From Dendrobates tinctorius (taxonomy: Eukaryota): DNA of 64,000 bases. The stretch is from assembly GCF_039654945.1 (NCBI RefSeq), contig NW_027361795.1, positions 19,096,001 to 19,160,000 of the forward strand. Direction: 5' to 3'. Position 1 is the first letter of the stretch, and each line of letters opens with the position of its first letter. The position numbers were made by a program, and so were the translations under genes. Of this stretch, positions 1-14,128 are shown in pieces. The notes under the pieces are model-generated. The model was not told the DNA's origin. It did no database searches and saw only the letters and a list, made by a program, of their open reading frames with translations.

Positions 1-2736
1 CAAAAAGGATGGTTCTTTAAGGCCTTGTATTGATTATCGTGCCCTCCATAAAATTACTATTAAATATCAGTATCCGTTACCCCTGATTTCGGATCTATTC
101 TCTAGAGTTAGAGGTGCTTGCTGGTTTACCAAGCTTGACCTCAGGGGGCGTATAATCTTATCCGCATTAAGCAGGGAGAGGAATGGAAGACGGCGTTTAA
201 TACTCCGGAGGGACATTTTGAGTACCTGGTGATGCCTTTTGGGCTCATTAATGCCCCTTCTGTCTTCCAGTGCTTCATGAACGATATTTTCCGAGACTTT
301 GTCGATAAATTTTTGATTATTTACCTGGATGATATTTTGATCTTCTCCAAGGATTGGGATTCTCATGTGGAACATATTCGGACTGTGTTCCAGATCTTGA
401 GGGAGAATTCCCTGTATGTCAAAGGATCGAAATGCCTTTTTGGAGTACAGAGGATTTCATTTTTGGGATTTATTTTGTCTCCGTCAACTATTGAAATGGA
501 CCCGGCCAAGGTACAGGCCATTTATGATTGGGTTCAGCCCACTTCTTTGAAGGCCCTCCAGAAGTTTTTGGGTTTTGCTAATTTTTATCGGAAATTTATA
601 GCAAAATTTTCTAGTATTGCCAAGCCATTGACTGATCTGACTAAGAAGGGTGCTGATGTGTTGAATTGGTCTCCTGAGGCTGTTGCTTCCTTTCAGGAGC
701 TGAAGCGAAGATTTACCTCCGCCCCGGTTTTGCGGCAACCTGATGTCTCACTCCCGTTCCAGGTAGAGGTGGATGCTTCTGAGATTGGTGCAGGAGCTGT
801 TTTGTCCCAAAAGGATCCTGTAACATCTAAAATGAATCCCTGTGCTTTCTTTTCCCGAAAGTTCTCTTCATCTGAACGTAACTATGATGTGGGGAATCGG
901 GAACTGTTGGCCATGAAATGGGCATTTGAGGAGTGGAGACATTGGTTGGAGGGAGCTAAACATCAAGTTGTGGTCCTCACTGACCACAAGAATTTGATTT
1001 ACCTAGAGTCGGCTAAACGCTTGAACCGTAGACAGGCTAGGTGGGCCTTGTTTTTTACACGTTTTGATTTTGTGGTCCCTTTTCTTCCTGGAACTAAGAA
1101 TGTCAAGGCAGACGCCCTCTCTAGGAGTTTCTTTGCTGATTCTCCTGTGGTAACTAAGCCTGCTACCATCTTAGGCAAAGGGGTAGTTCTTTCTGCCATC
1201 TCGCCTGATTTGAGACTTGCTCTGCGAGTTCCAGGAGGACAAACCTGAGCGTTGTCCCAGTGGAAAGTTGTATGTTCCTGACCAGTGGAAGAAGAGAGTG
1301 ATGTCTGAAGTTCATTGCTCTGCATTGGCTGGTCATCCAGGTATTTTTGGTACTAGAGATCTGGTGAGTCGCTCTTTTTGGTGGCCCACCTTGTCTCATG
1401 ATGTCAGGAATTTTGTGCAGTCCTGTGGGACTTGCTCCCGGTCTAAATCTTGCTCTCGTTCTAGTGGGTTGTTGATGCCTTTGCCGGTCCACAGGAGGCC
1501 ATGGACCCATATTTCAATGGATTTCATCTCTGATATGCCGGTCTCTCAAAGAATGACTGTTATTTGGGTGATTTGTGATAGGTTCTCTAAGATGGTTCAT
1601 CTTGTACCACTCCCTAACTTGCCATCTTCCTCTGAGTTGGTGCCCCTGTTTTTGCAACAGGTGGTTCGCTTACACGGGATTCATGAGAACATTGTATCTG
1701 ACAGAGGAGTTCAGTTTGTGTCTAGATTTTGGAGGACTTTCTGTTCCAAGCTGGGAATTCAGTTGTCCTTCTCCTCTGCTTTTCACCCTCAGACCAATGG
1801 GCAGATGGAGAGAGAACAAACCAGACCTTGGAGTCGTATTTGAGATGTTTTACTTCCGCTGATCAGGATGATTGGGTTTCATTTTTGCCCTTGGCCGAAT
1901 TTGCTTTAAATAATAGAGCTAGTTCTGCCACTTTGATGTCACCTTTTTTTTGTAACTTTGGGTTTCATCCTCGATTTTCTTCAGGGCAGGTGGAGCCTTC
2001 TGCCTGCCCAGGTGTTGACACTGTGGTGGAGAGAATGCACCAGATCTGGGACCAAGTGGTGGATAAGTTATCTCTCTCCCAGGAAAAGGCCCAGAGGTTT
2101 TCCAATCGACATAGGACCATTGGTCCCCAGTTTAAGATTGGTGATATAGTGTGGTTATCATCAAAAAATATTGCTATGAAGGTGGCTTCTCCTAAGTTTA
2201 AGCCTAGATTTATTGGACCTTACAAGATTTTGGAGATTATTAATCCGGTCTCTTTTCGTTTGGCTCTTCCTGTCACATTTAAAATCCATAATGTGTTCCA
2301 TAAGTCCTTGTTGAAGAGGTTTGTTGAACCAGTTGTTCCTGGGGTGGCACCTCCAGACCCTGTATTGGTTGAAGGTAACATGGAATATGAGGTAGAGAAA
2401 ATACTGGATTCCCGTCTGGCTAGACGGAGACTCCAGTATTTGGTTAAGTGGAAGGGTTATGGTCAGGAGGATAATTCCTGGGTCTCTGCCTCTGATATTC
2501 ATGCCAAAAGATTGGTGCGTGCATTTCATCGGGCTCACCCTGATCGCCCTGGTGGCGTGCTTGAGAGTTCGGTGACCCCTCCTCAAGGGGGAGGTACTGT
2601 TGTGAGTTCATTTTCCCCTTCGTCACTGGATTCTGGTGAACTCCCTATTCTGGTGAAGGAAGGTAATGAGCCTGATTATCAGGCACCTGAGTCTAATGAG
2701 GATGACTGGCTGAGTGGAGTCACAGACTGGATATAA
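1..2736 (+). pseudogene. pol: Ty3/Gypsy chromovirus (Tf1/sushi group, family A) pol: RT-RNase H-integrase-chromodomain, frameshifted, 5' part outside window
   Basis: ORF 229-1248 has MPFGLINAP, YLDDILIF and RNase H VDASEIGAGAVL/RELLAMKWAF. ORF 1217-1843 has the HHCC zinc finger and the DDE core (ISMDFI, IVSDRGVQF). ORF 1729-2736 has GPY and the chromodomain YEVEKILDSR..YLVKWKGY. Two frameshifts; PPT AAGGGGGAGG at ~2585-2594. Confidence 0.95.
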
Positions 2737-3394
2737 GGCTGCCGACTCCCTTCTGCCCTGCGGGTGATTTCTCTGTGGACTCCTAGGACACCAGTCTGAT
2801 TCCTGCTCCTAAAGCTAAGTTTTCTGTTTTGGCTGTTAGCCTTTTTGTTTTGTTTTTTGTTTTCCTTGCTTTTCAGTATCCTGCCATCCCCTGCTGGGGT
2901 GAGCTGAATCTCCTTTTGCCTGTAGCTCTGTCTTCAGTATATTCCTGAGTGCTGACATAGTTTTTTGAAGCCTAGCGTCTTCAGGGCCTTTTTCACTGTC
3001 AGTTTGTTGGCTCTTATTTTCATAGGGTTTTTCACAGATTGCAGACAGCAGCCTTTCTGTCCTTTCCTATGTAGTTAGCTTGGGCCCCTCTTTGCTCTGT
3101 CTATCTTTCTGTCTGTGTTAGTATTTTCATCTTGCTTCACCGTCATTATATGTTGGGGGCTGCCTATTGCTTTGGGGTCTGCTCTGGGGCAGTTTAGATT
3201 TCCCCTTTCTTTAGGCCTATTTAATTCTCTGGCTGTGATCGAGGGGTCTAGGGCATCGTAGGAACCCCCCACAGCTACTGCTAGTTGTGTTGATAGGTTC
3301 AGGGGTCTGCAATCCGATAGCTGCCAACTTCTCTGGTTTTCTGGACTTAGCTAGCATTTCTGTTTTTGCCTCCTACGGTGACTCAATCATAACA
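2598..3394 (+). mobile_element. 3' LTR of Gypsy family A (797 bp, TGT...ACA)
   Basis: Starts TGTTGTGAG just after the PPT and ends CATAACA; colinear with the solo LTR at 58769-59572; TATAAG at ~2732. Confidence 0.92.
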
Positions 3395-3962
3395 GCAGCC
3401 CCCAACATATAATGACGGTGAAGCAAGATGAAAACACTAACACAGACAGAAAGATAGACTGAGCAAAGACGGGGCCCATGCTAACTAGATAGGAAAGGAC
3501 AGGAAGGCTGCTGTCTGCAATCCGTGAAAAACCCTATGAAAATAAGAGCCAACAGACTGACAGTGAAAAAGGCCCTGAAGATGCTAGGCTTCAAAAAGCT
3601 ATGTCAGTACTCAGAAATATTCTGAAGACAGAGCAACAGGCAAAAGGAGATTCAGCTCACCCCAGCAGGGAATGGCAGAATCCAGAAAAGCAAGGAAAGC
3701 AAAAACAAAACACAAATGCTAACAGGCAAAGCTAAAAACTTAGCTTTAGAGGAGCAGGAATCAGACTGGTGTCCTAGAAGTCCACAGAGAAATCACCCGC
3801 CAGGCAGAAGGGCGTCGGCAGCCTTATATCCAGTCCGTGACTCCACTCAGCCAGTCATCCTCATTAGGGTCAGGTGCCTGATAATCTGGCTCATTACGTT
3901 TCTTTACCAGAATAGGGAGTTCACCAGACCTCAGTGACGAAGGGGAAAATGAACTCACAACA
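3395..3962 (-). mobile_element. Truncated family A LTR in inverted orientation, interrupting the hAT transposase
   Basis: Reverse complement of LTR positions ~2598-3163; ends GAACTCACAACA at 3962. Confidence 0.9.
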
Positions 3963-6426
3963 CAGCCGTGTGCATTCCTCAAAACACTGAAGGACTTTAC
4001 AGAGGTCTTTCAGCTTCGACCACTGCACACCAGACAACTCCATGTCTGCCTGCAAACTGCCTGCCCATGTATCCTCCCACAAATGAATTACAGCCTGCCT
4101 CTGTTCGTACAGTCTCTGAACCATGTGCAGGTTGGAGTTCCACCTTGTTGCAACGTCGATAATTAGGCGATGCTAGGGAAGGTGGAGCAATCACTGCAGC
4201 TTCTGCATACGACTGGAGTGTACGGCCGAGCAAAGGATGTGCGAGCACAGTCTTCGCACCTTATGGAGCAGGGGTGGTAACTCCAGATAATTATTGAGGA
4301 AGCACTGCACCACCAGGTTCAAGGTGTGAGCCAGGCAAGGTATGTGTCTGAGTTTTGAAAGGGCTATGGCTGCCACAAAATTCCGGCCGTTATCACTAAC
4401 TAACTTGCCTGCCTCAAGATGTAGACTGCCCAGCCATGACTCAGTTTGTCACTGCAAGTAGTCGGCCAGTACCTAAGCGGTGTGTCTGTTGTCGCCCAAA
4501 CACATCATCTTCAACACAGCCTGCTGACGCTTACCACTAGCTGTTCGATAGTGGGACAACTCGTGTGCAACACTGGCAGCTGCGGATGGAGTGCTCGTGC
4601 GACTGCACTCTGTGGATGAGCTTTCGCTTCTGGAGGAGGAGGGTCGAACGCCTACAGCCAACTGTTTCCTATACCGTGGGCTAGGCAGCACTGTCCCACC
4701 ACCGCTGTCCCCTGTGGACCCTGCATCCACCACATTAACCCAGTGCGCAGTGATGGACACGTAACGGCCCTGGCCATGCCTACTGGACCATGCATCAGTT
4801 GTGAGGTGCACCTTTCCACTCACTGATTGCTTGAGTGCATGGACAATGCGGTCTTTCACATGCACGTGGAGGGCTGGGATGGCTTTTTGCGAAAAGAAGT
4901 GCCGACTGGGTAGGTCATAGCGTGGTACTGCGTAGGTCATGAGCTCGTGGAAAGCTTTGCTTTCAACCAACTGGGCATCATCTCTAACGAGATTAGTTTG
5001 GCAATGTGGGCATTCAAAGCCAGTGTACACGGATGAGAGGATGAGTACTTTCTTGCCCTACTCAGAGTCTCTGGTAGGGTGAGCTGGACTTGAGAGCTGC
5101 ATATGGTGGAACTAGCGGTGGACATGGCGGACTGAGAGAGGGTTAGTGATGGTGATGGTTGTTGGTGGTGTTGCTGATAGCCTAGATTCAGTTTTTCGTA
5201 GCAATAACATTGTGATTCCATGACTGCTTAGCCCTTGCGACGACACCTCGACATTTGCTGCTGGTGGTGTGCTAACCGGTGGGCTTAAAGTGGGGGAAGC
5301 GATGTAGCGTTGCTGACTACCTTCATTCAGAGCAGGTGCACATGTGGTACGTGACGTTTGGTAGTCCATCCACGCTTGCAAGTGCATGGTGGTTAAATGT
5401 CTAAGCATGCAACTGGTATTCAAATTTCTCAGATTTTTCCCTCGGCTAAATGTCTTTGCGCACTTCTTACAGATAACCTTTGCCTGATCATTAGGATTTA
5501 GTTAAAAAAAATACCACACTGCACTCTTCCTACTATGGATGACATTTTGAGACCTTGCACGCTGTGCTAATTTGACCGTCTGGCCAAGCTGTCCTGCAAC
5601 TCTTGATTTTTGTAACACGTTTTTGGACTGCTACGGTCATGCCAGATAACAGCTGTTACGATGTTGTTGCCTGCTGCGGATCCTCCTCCTCCTCTTCTGA
5701 GCTATTGGCAGCGGCACCCTCTTCCCCCAATCGATGCCAATCTGGGTCAACAACTGGGTCATCCATCACCTCCTCTTCAATTTCATGTGCATCTTCCTCT
5801 GTGTCACCGTGTAAGGTGGTATAGTATGCGGGAAGGGGCACCTGAGTTTCAACAGAGTCTGATTCTGCCTCAGTACACTGTGAGGACAATGTAGTGCTCT
5901 GAGTGAATGTACCAGCAGAAAAATCTAGCAGTGGCTGTGCATCAGTGCCCTCCATGTCAGATTCATCTTGGACTGGAGAATTCACGATTTGACTTGCTAA
6001 CCCAGGCATGGTATGTGAAAAGAGCTCCATGGAGTAATCGGAAGTGTGGCCTGCCACATCATTCACTTTTGGAAGGGATGAAGGACACAAGGAAAAGTGT
6101 TGTTCCTGACCAGGAGCCTCCACTGATGACTCAGTGCTTTTATTTTTTGAAACTGCAGAAGAGGAGGCGAGAGAGCTGGAGGCTGTGTCAGCAATGTAAG
6201 CCAAAACTTGTTCCTGAAGCTCCGTCTTTAAAAGTGGTTTACCTACTCCCAGAAAAGAGAGCCTTTGAGGCGTTGTGGAGCCAGACGATGACGCAGGCTC
6301 AACACCTCCTGCCTTAGGTGCAATTCTGCTTTTGCCACTACCAACAGATGCCACACCACCACCACCATCGGGACCAGCTGGCAACCCCCGCCCACTTCCA
6401 TGGCATCTTCCACCATACTTCCTCAT
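3963..6426 (-). pseudogene. hAT transposase (zf-BED, DDE), frameshifted and truncated by LTR insertion
   Basis: G/R-rich N-terminus in ORF 5656-6426; BED remnant TSCMLRHLTTMH; GKVHLTTDAWSSRHGQGRYVSITAHWVN; CxxH motif HIPCLAHTLNLVVQ; WSKLKDLCKVLQCFEECTRL. Confidence 0.9.
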
Positions 6427-6479
6427 TTTTGTGAAAATGTACCCAAAATACCACCAGCTATATGGTACTGTAAAACAAG

Positions 6480-7060
6480 GTAGAAGGTGTATCTACTATT
6501 GGTGAGAATTTGAATCTCACTATAGATTTGAGGATGCTGAACTATTGTCTCAGGCCCAGTACAGATTACACTTCAATGTAACAGGCTGTAATTGGATGGT
6601 GTATGACAAGGTGGAGGGTGTCTATAGGATTGGTGAGAATTTGAATCTCACTATAGATTTGAGGACGGAGAGCTATTGTCTCAGGCCCAGGAGAGATTAC
6701 ACCTCAATGTAACAGGCTGAAATTGGATGGTGTATGAAAAGGTGAAGGGTGTCTATAGGATTGGTGAGAATTTGAATCTCACTATAGATTTGAAGACGCT
6801 GAACTATTGTCTCAGGCCCAGTAGAGTTTACACCTCAATGTAACAGGCTGAAATTAGATGGTGTATGACAAGGTGGAGGGTGTCTATAGGATTGGTGAGA
6901 ATTTGAATCTCACTATAGATTTGAGGACGCTGAACTATTGTCTCAGGCCCAGGAGAGGTTACACCTCAATGTAACAGGCTGAAATTGGCTGGTGTATGAC
7001 AAGGTGTAGGGTGTCTATAGGATTAGTGAGAATTTGGATCTCACTAGAGATTTGAGGATG
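6480..7060. repeat. 131-bp tandem repeat (~4.3 copies) in the hAT leader
   Basis: GGTGAGAATTTGAATCTCAC recurs at 6501, 6632, 6763, 6894 and (variant) 7025. Confidence 0.95.
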
Positions 7061-10000
7061 CTGACAATGATGCTCTCAGTCCAAGTATGGACGCAGGCAG
7101 CCTAAAAAGCAGGACTGCTGCACACACAAAAGGGTGGAAAAGTGAACCCTTGGTAACTGTGCAGAAAAGAGGAAGAAAAGTATTTTTGCTTTTAAAAAAG
7201 CAGTTTGCACAGCAGTGTGCAAACAGCAATGCAGCTATCAGGGAGCCTTATAAGGCAGCCTAATAACCAACAAAGCTGATGCACAAAAATAGAGCCTCCC
7301 CTGTCACTGCACACAAAGTGTTGTGTTGTAAGTGGAAATCGCTAACAGCAAAAGCAGTTTTTTGGTTCTTCTTCCCTGCGTAACGCTCTCCCTTATTCTG
7401 AATCAGCAGCAGCAACCTCTCCCTAATGCTAAGATCGGCAGAAGTAAGATGGCGGTCGGCGTTCACGCCCTTTTATAGCCCCTGTGACGCCACACCCAGC
7501 CAGCCAATCACTTGCATGCCCTTCTCAAAGAAAGTGGTGACCGATGCCTATGTCATCGCGTTGCCCACAGTGTGTGTCCTCCATGATTGGCTGAATAAGG
7601 GCGCTGGAAGCATCTTTTGAAACGTGACTTTGGCGCTCTGGTTGCCGACCTCGTGTCTGACCTCACGCTATGGTCGGGTTTCGTTTCATGAAACCTGACT
7701 TCAGCGAAAGTCGCCGACTTTTGAATATGACCGACCCGTTTCGCTCAACTCTACCTGTTATTATTACTTAGCGAATATCAAAAAATTATATTTCATGGTA
7801 AGGAACAAATACATTTTTGGTACATGTCTACCACATTAACACTTTTTGTTAAATCTCCCTCAGATCCGTTCTGTGGAGCTACTATTAAATGACTCTTTAA
7901 AGGGTCTTTAATAAACCTTAATCAATCATAGCAAAGTCTCAAGAGCACTATTCACAAGGAGACAAGGTTAACGCAGGATGGGTAAACGTAGTGTCAGATG
8001 TGTCCAGATTCATAACCTATACATTATCTCTTTAATTAGTAACCAGTTAACTTCTGTTGACTATGAAAGTACCTACCCCAAAGAACCAGGTGACATTAAG
8101 ACATCCCACAGCTGCCATATTTCCTGTGTAATTCCCAGTTTACTTCGGTACCCCGTGTATTAATGACATAATAGATTTACCCATATCTCATTAAAATATT
8201 GAACTGAACTTACATTAAGAAAAATAAAGAGAACTTTACAAGGCTTCTGCTTTTTAATGGAAATGCTGAAGACTACAACAGTCCATGCTACAAAAATCTT
8301 CTTTTTTTTTCACTTTATGCAGGCAGAGTGCTGTCAATTACCCCACCCCACTGACTGATCTTTTCATTCATGAACACGGACACCCCTGTTAAACTGAAAA
8401 AGGCATATCATTGTAAGAGTGAGGATAATGATAATGAACTCTTTTAGACCCATTGGATCAGAATAATTGAAGATTGTATCACAGAGAGTCAGAGGAACAG
8501 CACACAAGAGCATCTAGCTAAGGTATAAACATATATATATATAATGTCAGAAAAACAGAACAAAATAAAAAATATATTAAAAATTTGCAAGAAAAAAATC
8601 ATCATTATAAACAAGCAGGCTGTAAATTACTAAATATTATTTTTTTTAGGTACCTGTTTTTACTATTATTTTTTTTTCAGTGTTTCTACATTATTGCTAG
8701 AATTATTGGATGGGTTTTTGTTTTAATATCTGTGACTTGCCAAACGTTGAATTATGTAAATGGTGTACTTTTGGTGGCTTGATGTGCCAGAATATAAAAA
8801 CACATAGCATTTATATTCATTAGAAAACATTCATTTGTACAATGAATGAGAGGAATGTTGGAAAATCCATTCTTTTCAAACTCCATTAATGATGTTGATA
8901 TGGATAATGCATTAGGTTAAATAAAATGCCAAAAATCTGCGCACTCGAACTTTTTGAAAACAAAGTATTTGTTCCATATTTGGAGGAAAGAAGGGTTTTA
9001 AAAAAAAAAAACAGAGACAGTAGCGTGAGAAAAAAAGCCCAGCAGGAGCTAGCTACACCCCCTCCTCAAATACAATCCCCATGCTGTAATTTCTGGGGGA
9101 TTGCTTCATCTTGGGTGCAGATATATTTGTGTCAAGGTGCAGCTGCACAGATAGCCGGCGCTGCCTTACTCTATGCATAGTAAGAGGCTTTCAGAGAAAG
9201 AGGTTATGCCCAGAGCAAGGCCTTATCAGAGCAAGCTGCCTGCCATTTATCTGATTCCCTATCGAATATGAAAACAGGCCTCAATCTGCTGCTTCTATTT
9301 TTCTTGGGAAAGCTATGGGCGGAATAATAATTTGCTCCATTTTTTGTTTGTTTTGAAGTAACCTTTTGTTAGTTTATGATCCTGAGACAATTCAACTAAT
9401 ATGAAAAAAAAGTTGGTCACATGCAATCCCAAAATAAATTATAAAGATCTAAACAACAAATTGCATCTATTTCTGGAAAAAAGGTTGACATTTTTTTTTA
9501 AGTGCAATTTTACGTCTCAGACAGCCTTATGCATCTTGATTTTTATTCTTGTACTCATTGCTATCTTCTTAAAATTGAAAATGCAGCGTAGATTTGAAAT
9601 AAATAGCGCCATGAATTTCAATGGTCTGACATAAATGATACTATTCCCATTCTCTTAATAACTGTCAAATAATGCACCTGCTTCGTTGACTGCACATTAC
9701 TAAACTAGTTAAAATATACAACTTCATATACAATTGGATTTCAACCAAGCCAGAAGGGGCTTCAATACTTCAAATTATTTATTTGAAGTTGCTAAGCTGA
9801 GTAATGAAGTGTCAATAGCACAGATCTAATGTGGTCACAATTAAAAATGACTTCTTTAACATTTGCAACTGAATTTAGTCTTTTTGTGTTTCATTTTTTG
9901 CATTACTTTTATATATGAGATAGATAATCTAGCTAACAGAATTTTGAAAATGAGTCCTGACTGAGAAAGAAGCACATTTCTATGATAAGATATATTACAG

Positions 10001-10183
10001 TTTCTTTTTTATGTGTATTATTGATTTATAAAGTAAAAATTTAAAAAAAAATACTCTTGAAATATGATATACAGTGCTGGAGTGCTGCCAGTTTTCCTGT
10101 GTGTATATTTAGGATATTAGTTCAGTATCCCAAAGGTTACACCATTTTCCTATATCTGTTTCATATAGTTCTGCTTTCATTGG

Positions 10184-10213
10184 ACAGACAGACAGATAGC
10201 CATATGGATAAGT

Positions 10214-10259
<46 letters not shown>

Positions 10260-10370
10260 AAGATAAATGTGAGACAGACAGATAGATAGATATGTGATAA
10301 GATAGATAGATATATGATAGAATAAAAAGTTATAGGTAGAATAGATAGATAAATAGATATGTCATACGAC

Positions 10371-10406
<36 letters not shown>

Positions 10407-10559
10407 TTCTATTAGATAGATATGTGATAGATTATTAGAAACGTGATAAGATAGATATGTGATAGATAATTAGATGGCTAGATATGTGCTAGATGGATAA
10501 TTAGATAGATATGTGATAGACAGATAGATAGATGATAGCGAGATAGATATGGGATAGAC

Positions 10560-10596
<37 letters not shown>

Positions 10597-10984
10597 TGTG
10601 ATAGATAGATAGATTTATATTGGATAGATATGTGATAGATAATTAGATAGCTATATATGTGATAAGATAGATATGTGATAAATAATTAGATGGCTAGATA
10701 TGTGCTAGATGGNNNNNNNNNNNNNNNNNNNNNNNNNNNNNNNNNNNNNNNNNNNNNNNNNNNNNNNNNNNNNNNNNNNNNNNNNNNNNNNNNNNNNNNN
10801 NNNNNNNNNNNNNNNNNNNNNNNNNNNNNNNNNNNNNNNNNNNNNNNNNNNNNNNNNNNNNNNNNNNNNNNNNNNNNNNNNNNNNNNNNNNNNNNNNNNN
10901 NNNNNNNNNNNNNNNNNNNNNNNNNNNNNNNNNNNNNNNAGATAGAAAATAGATAGATCAATAATAGATACATATGTGTTAGAC

Positions 10985-11035
<51 letters not shown>

Positions 11036-11050
11036 GATAAATCTATAGAT
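10184..11050. repeat. (GATA)n compound microsatellite containing a 227-N assembly gap (10713-10939)
   Basis: Direct reading of the sequence. Confidence 0.97.
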
Positions 11051-12888
11051 AGCACTGACATAAAAGTGTTACATTTTCTCTTCTTTGGCAATTCCCTTCT
11101 GATTAAGCCTCCCACATAGAATTTCTAGCAATTCGTTTAACATGATAGGTGATTGTAGCTTCTTATGTAATTACATTACTAGAAAGAAGCGATGTCTGGT
11201 CAGCTCCGCTCTGTCTGCTCACACCTGCAGAAGGGAATGTGCATCCACCATGACCATGTTCTGTGGGAACAATCGTTCCATCTCTGCTCTCTCAAGCAAG
11301 TATTATTTGAGCAGTGACATGGAAGCCAATGAAGCAGTGAGATATGGAACCAGGTGTACATGCCACACCAAATTCAAGGACAAATTATAATTTTTATTGC
11401 GCTCCTTTATGCATGTTGCATTGTTCCTGTAAAATGACAGTTTTAACAATATATGCAATGTAGTAGACGGTATTTTTAGAAGGATGACAACTGTCATTTT
11501 ACAAAAGGAGAGTAAGGATTAAAGAATACAGCTTACAGTAAAACGAATGGAATCGTACATTTTATTTTAGCTAAGTGAAATCACGAGAAATAAAGAAAAA
11601 TTACAAAAATATTAGGTCATTATGATTTCATAGTATGTTTTTGACAGTTTTATTGCAGAAAACGTCATTGTGGGCTTAGTTGGAGAGGGTTTTATTTCAG
11701 AGAAGAGTATTTTACCTTTAAACTATAACAGTAAAGTTGAGTAGATAGAAAGACAGATAATGTATACCTCCTGAAAGCTGGCCCTGCAACTAATGATGCC
11801 TGGCCGGCGCAGTGAGATTGGTTGCTGTCAGGAATCGTCAGCATATACTCCCAGCTATTCATTATGTGATGTAACTGCTTCTTGAGATGTTATAGCCAGG
11901 ATAGCCTGAAATAGCAGACAAATAGGCTGACAAATGCAGCAGCAGCAATGCTTTGATCAAGACTACAAGCATCTGATGTCGCTCCGTACACTTGGCCTCA
12001 GAGTTGCAATCTGCTACACCATCTGCATCTACATTTTACTATCAACATTTAAAAGGAGCTGCCTCGCAGCGTATCCGCTTCCAATTATCTCATTACTATG
12101 CAACACAAAAATGCAATTGGAACCGCTCTCCAGTGGTTCAAAGGTTACGAAAGGCCATTGCTGTTTAGGGATAAAGATTTGTTGGGTTAAGAAACAAAAA
12201 TACTTATTCAATTAACAGTCTAATGTGAAAAGTGACACTATCCAAGAGATTTTATTATTCCATACATAGTCTCCCCATCATCAGTTAGCATTTAGCTAAA
12301 ATATTGTTTAGTAAAGCCATCAGCAGGCTGAAAATGAGGGCATGTTTTGGACAACAGGACAGTACATTAGACGTTGAGATGTAGACGAGCAAATGACCGC
12401 CACCTTGCACCCCTGTTTCAACACCATCTACTTTCTAACTCCTCAGAGGGTTAAATGCAGAATGTCATTACCTGGTATCATTACACTTTACTAAACTAAT
12501 GTCCTTAGACATTTTAAACCATATTAGAAAGAATAAGGAAAGTAAATGTTTCCAGTGGGATAAGATGGTGTATAGACAGACATATTTGTATTATTTGTGT
12601 TGTATTCGGTGGGAGGATCGCAGAAAACTCAGCCCTTATTTAACAATGGGATGATAATAAAACATTTATTAAAGGTCTTTTGGGGTTTCAGTAAACTATT
12701 GTCCCCAAGTACAGTTCAATGTAACACAACAAGCTGATTGACTAACCCTCTTGGGGTCCAGAGCCATGTGTTCACTACAGTCCAGGTCTCTGTTGTTTGT
12801 CTGCACCACTGTTATGTCATAGATGCTGCAGCCAATCCCTTGACTCAGTGTCTCATATCATTTACATCGGCAGAATTGATTGTGAGGT

Positions 12889-13063
12889 GACATCAGTGCC
12901 TCACACAAACAATCAAGACTGGGGTAGCAGTGGAAACACAGTGCTGGACCAGGTACAGTTTAGTGTAAAAAGACCAACTGAATTGCTTACCCTTCTTGGG
13001 TCCAGCACTGTGTCTCCACTGCTACCCCAGTCTTGATTGTTTGTCTGAGGCACGGATGTGTCA
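12889..13063. mobile_element. Small fold-back element/MITE with ~62-bp inverted arms
   Basis: GACATCAGTGCCTCACACAAACAATCAAGACTGGGGTAGCAGTGG...GGACC is mirrored at ~12999-13063; an older partial copy lies at ~12700-12800. Confidence 0.65.
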
Positions 13064-13206
13064 GATTTTTCTTCAATAAAAAATAGATCCAAGAAAAAAA
13101 GATGGAACATGGTCCATTCAGTATTGAATGAGTCAATTCTATACAAATGATCATAATGGGATGTACAGGTTATACATTGAGTATTTCCACAGATAAAACA
13201 CATGGG

Positions 13207-14128
13207 TGTTATGAATGGGTCACCGAGGAGGATAGAAGGCCCAGGCTAAGCCACAGAAAACCAGAGAGGTTGATAACTAAGTGGATTGCATATCCCTGAT
13301 CCTATCCACACAATTAGCCGTAGCCGTGGAGCGTACCTACGATGATCCTAGACGCCTCGTCACAGCCGGAGAGCTAACTAAGCCTAAAGCAAGAAAGGGG
13401 AAATCAAAACTGCCACAGAGCAGACCCCAAAGGAATAGACAGCCCCCAAGCACATATTGTCGGTGAGACAAGATGAAAACACAAACATAGGAAGGAAAAT
13501 AGACTGTGCAAATGATGGGGCCCACACTGACTAAACAGGACAGGAAAGGATAGACACTGTCTGCAATCACGCAAAAAACCCTGCAAAAGTCCAACACATC
13601 TGATGCACAAAAACACTGAAGTCGAACGACTTCACCCCCACTATATCAGCACTCTGGTATATTCTGAAAGCAAAGCAAAAAGAGACCAATATAACAGGGA
13701 CCAAAACAAACTAGCACAAGCAGTAACATATGGGCCGTGATTCAGCACAGCCCCAGCCGGAGCTGGCCGACCCATACAAAGCAGAGATAGACAAAACCAG
13801 ATCAAATGCAAGCAGAAAAGCAAATGAACCACTTAGCTGAATCATGCAGGGACAGAGCAGGAGACATCAGACCTCTGAAGGCACAGGAAGAAAATCACCA
13901 GCAGGGATAGAGGGAGTCGGCAGTCTTAAGTCCCAATCTGAAACCCCAGATCTCCAATCGTCATCCTCATTATCAGGTGGCAAGCCTCTGTCAATCAGAT
14001 CAGCTCCAAAACCTCCAGTAACCACCAGAGGGAGCCCAGAAAGAGAACTCGCAACCCCTCTGTTAATCTGACCAGCTCCACTATCTTCAGTAATAACCAG
14101 ATGGAGGCCAGAAAGAGAATTCACAACA
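13207..14128 (-). repeat. 3' LTR, family B
   Basis: Direct repeat of 18318-19240, adjacent to the PPT. Confidence 0.95.

Larger units (their letters stand above)
3963..7753 (-). mobile_element. hAT (ZBED-like) DNA transposon, 5' half; TIR TAGAGTTGAGCG ending at 7753
   Basis: Terminal CGCTCAACTCTA at 7742-7753, subterminal GTCGG/CCGAC motifs, CCAAT/TATA-like region ~7470-7600, transposase remnants on the minus strand. Confidence 0.85.

Noticed and set aside
2690-2736. Shared peptide NEDD(D)WxSGVxDW in family A and B LTR ORFs as a conserved microprotein
   Set aside because: It overlaps CCAAT-like and TATA promoter motifs; nucleotide-level LTR homology explains it.
10686-11115. ORFs full of X
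   Set aside because: They span the N gap and GATA repeats.
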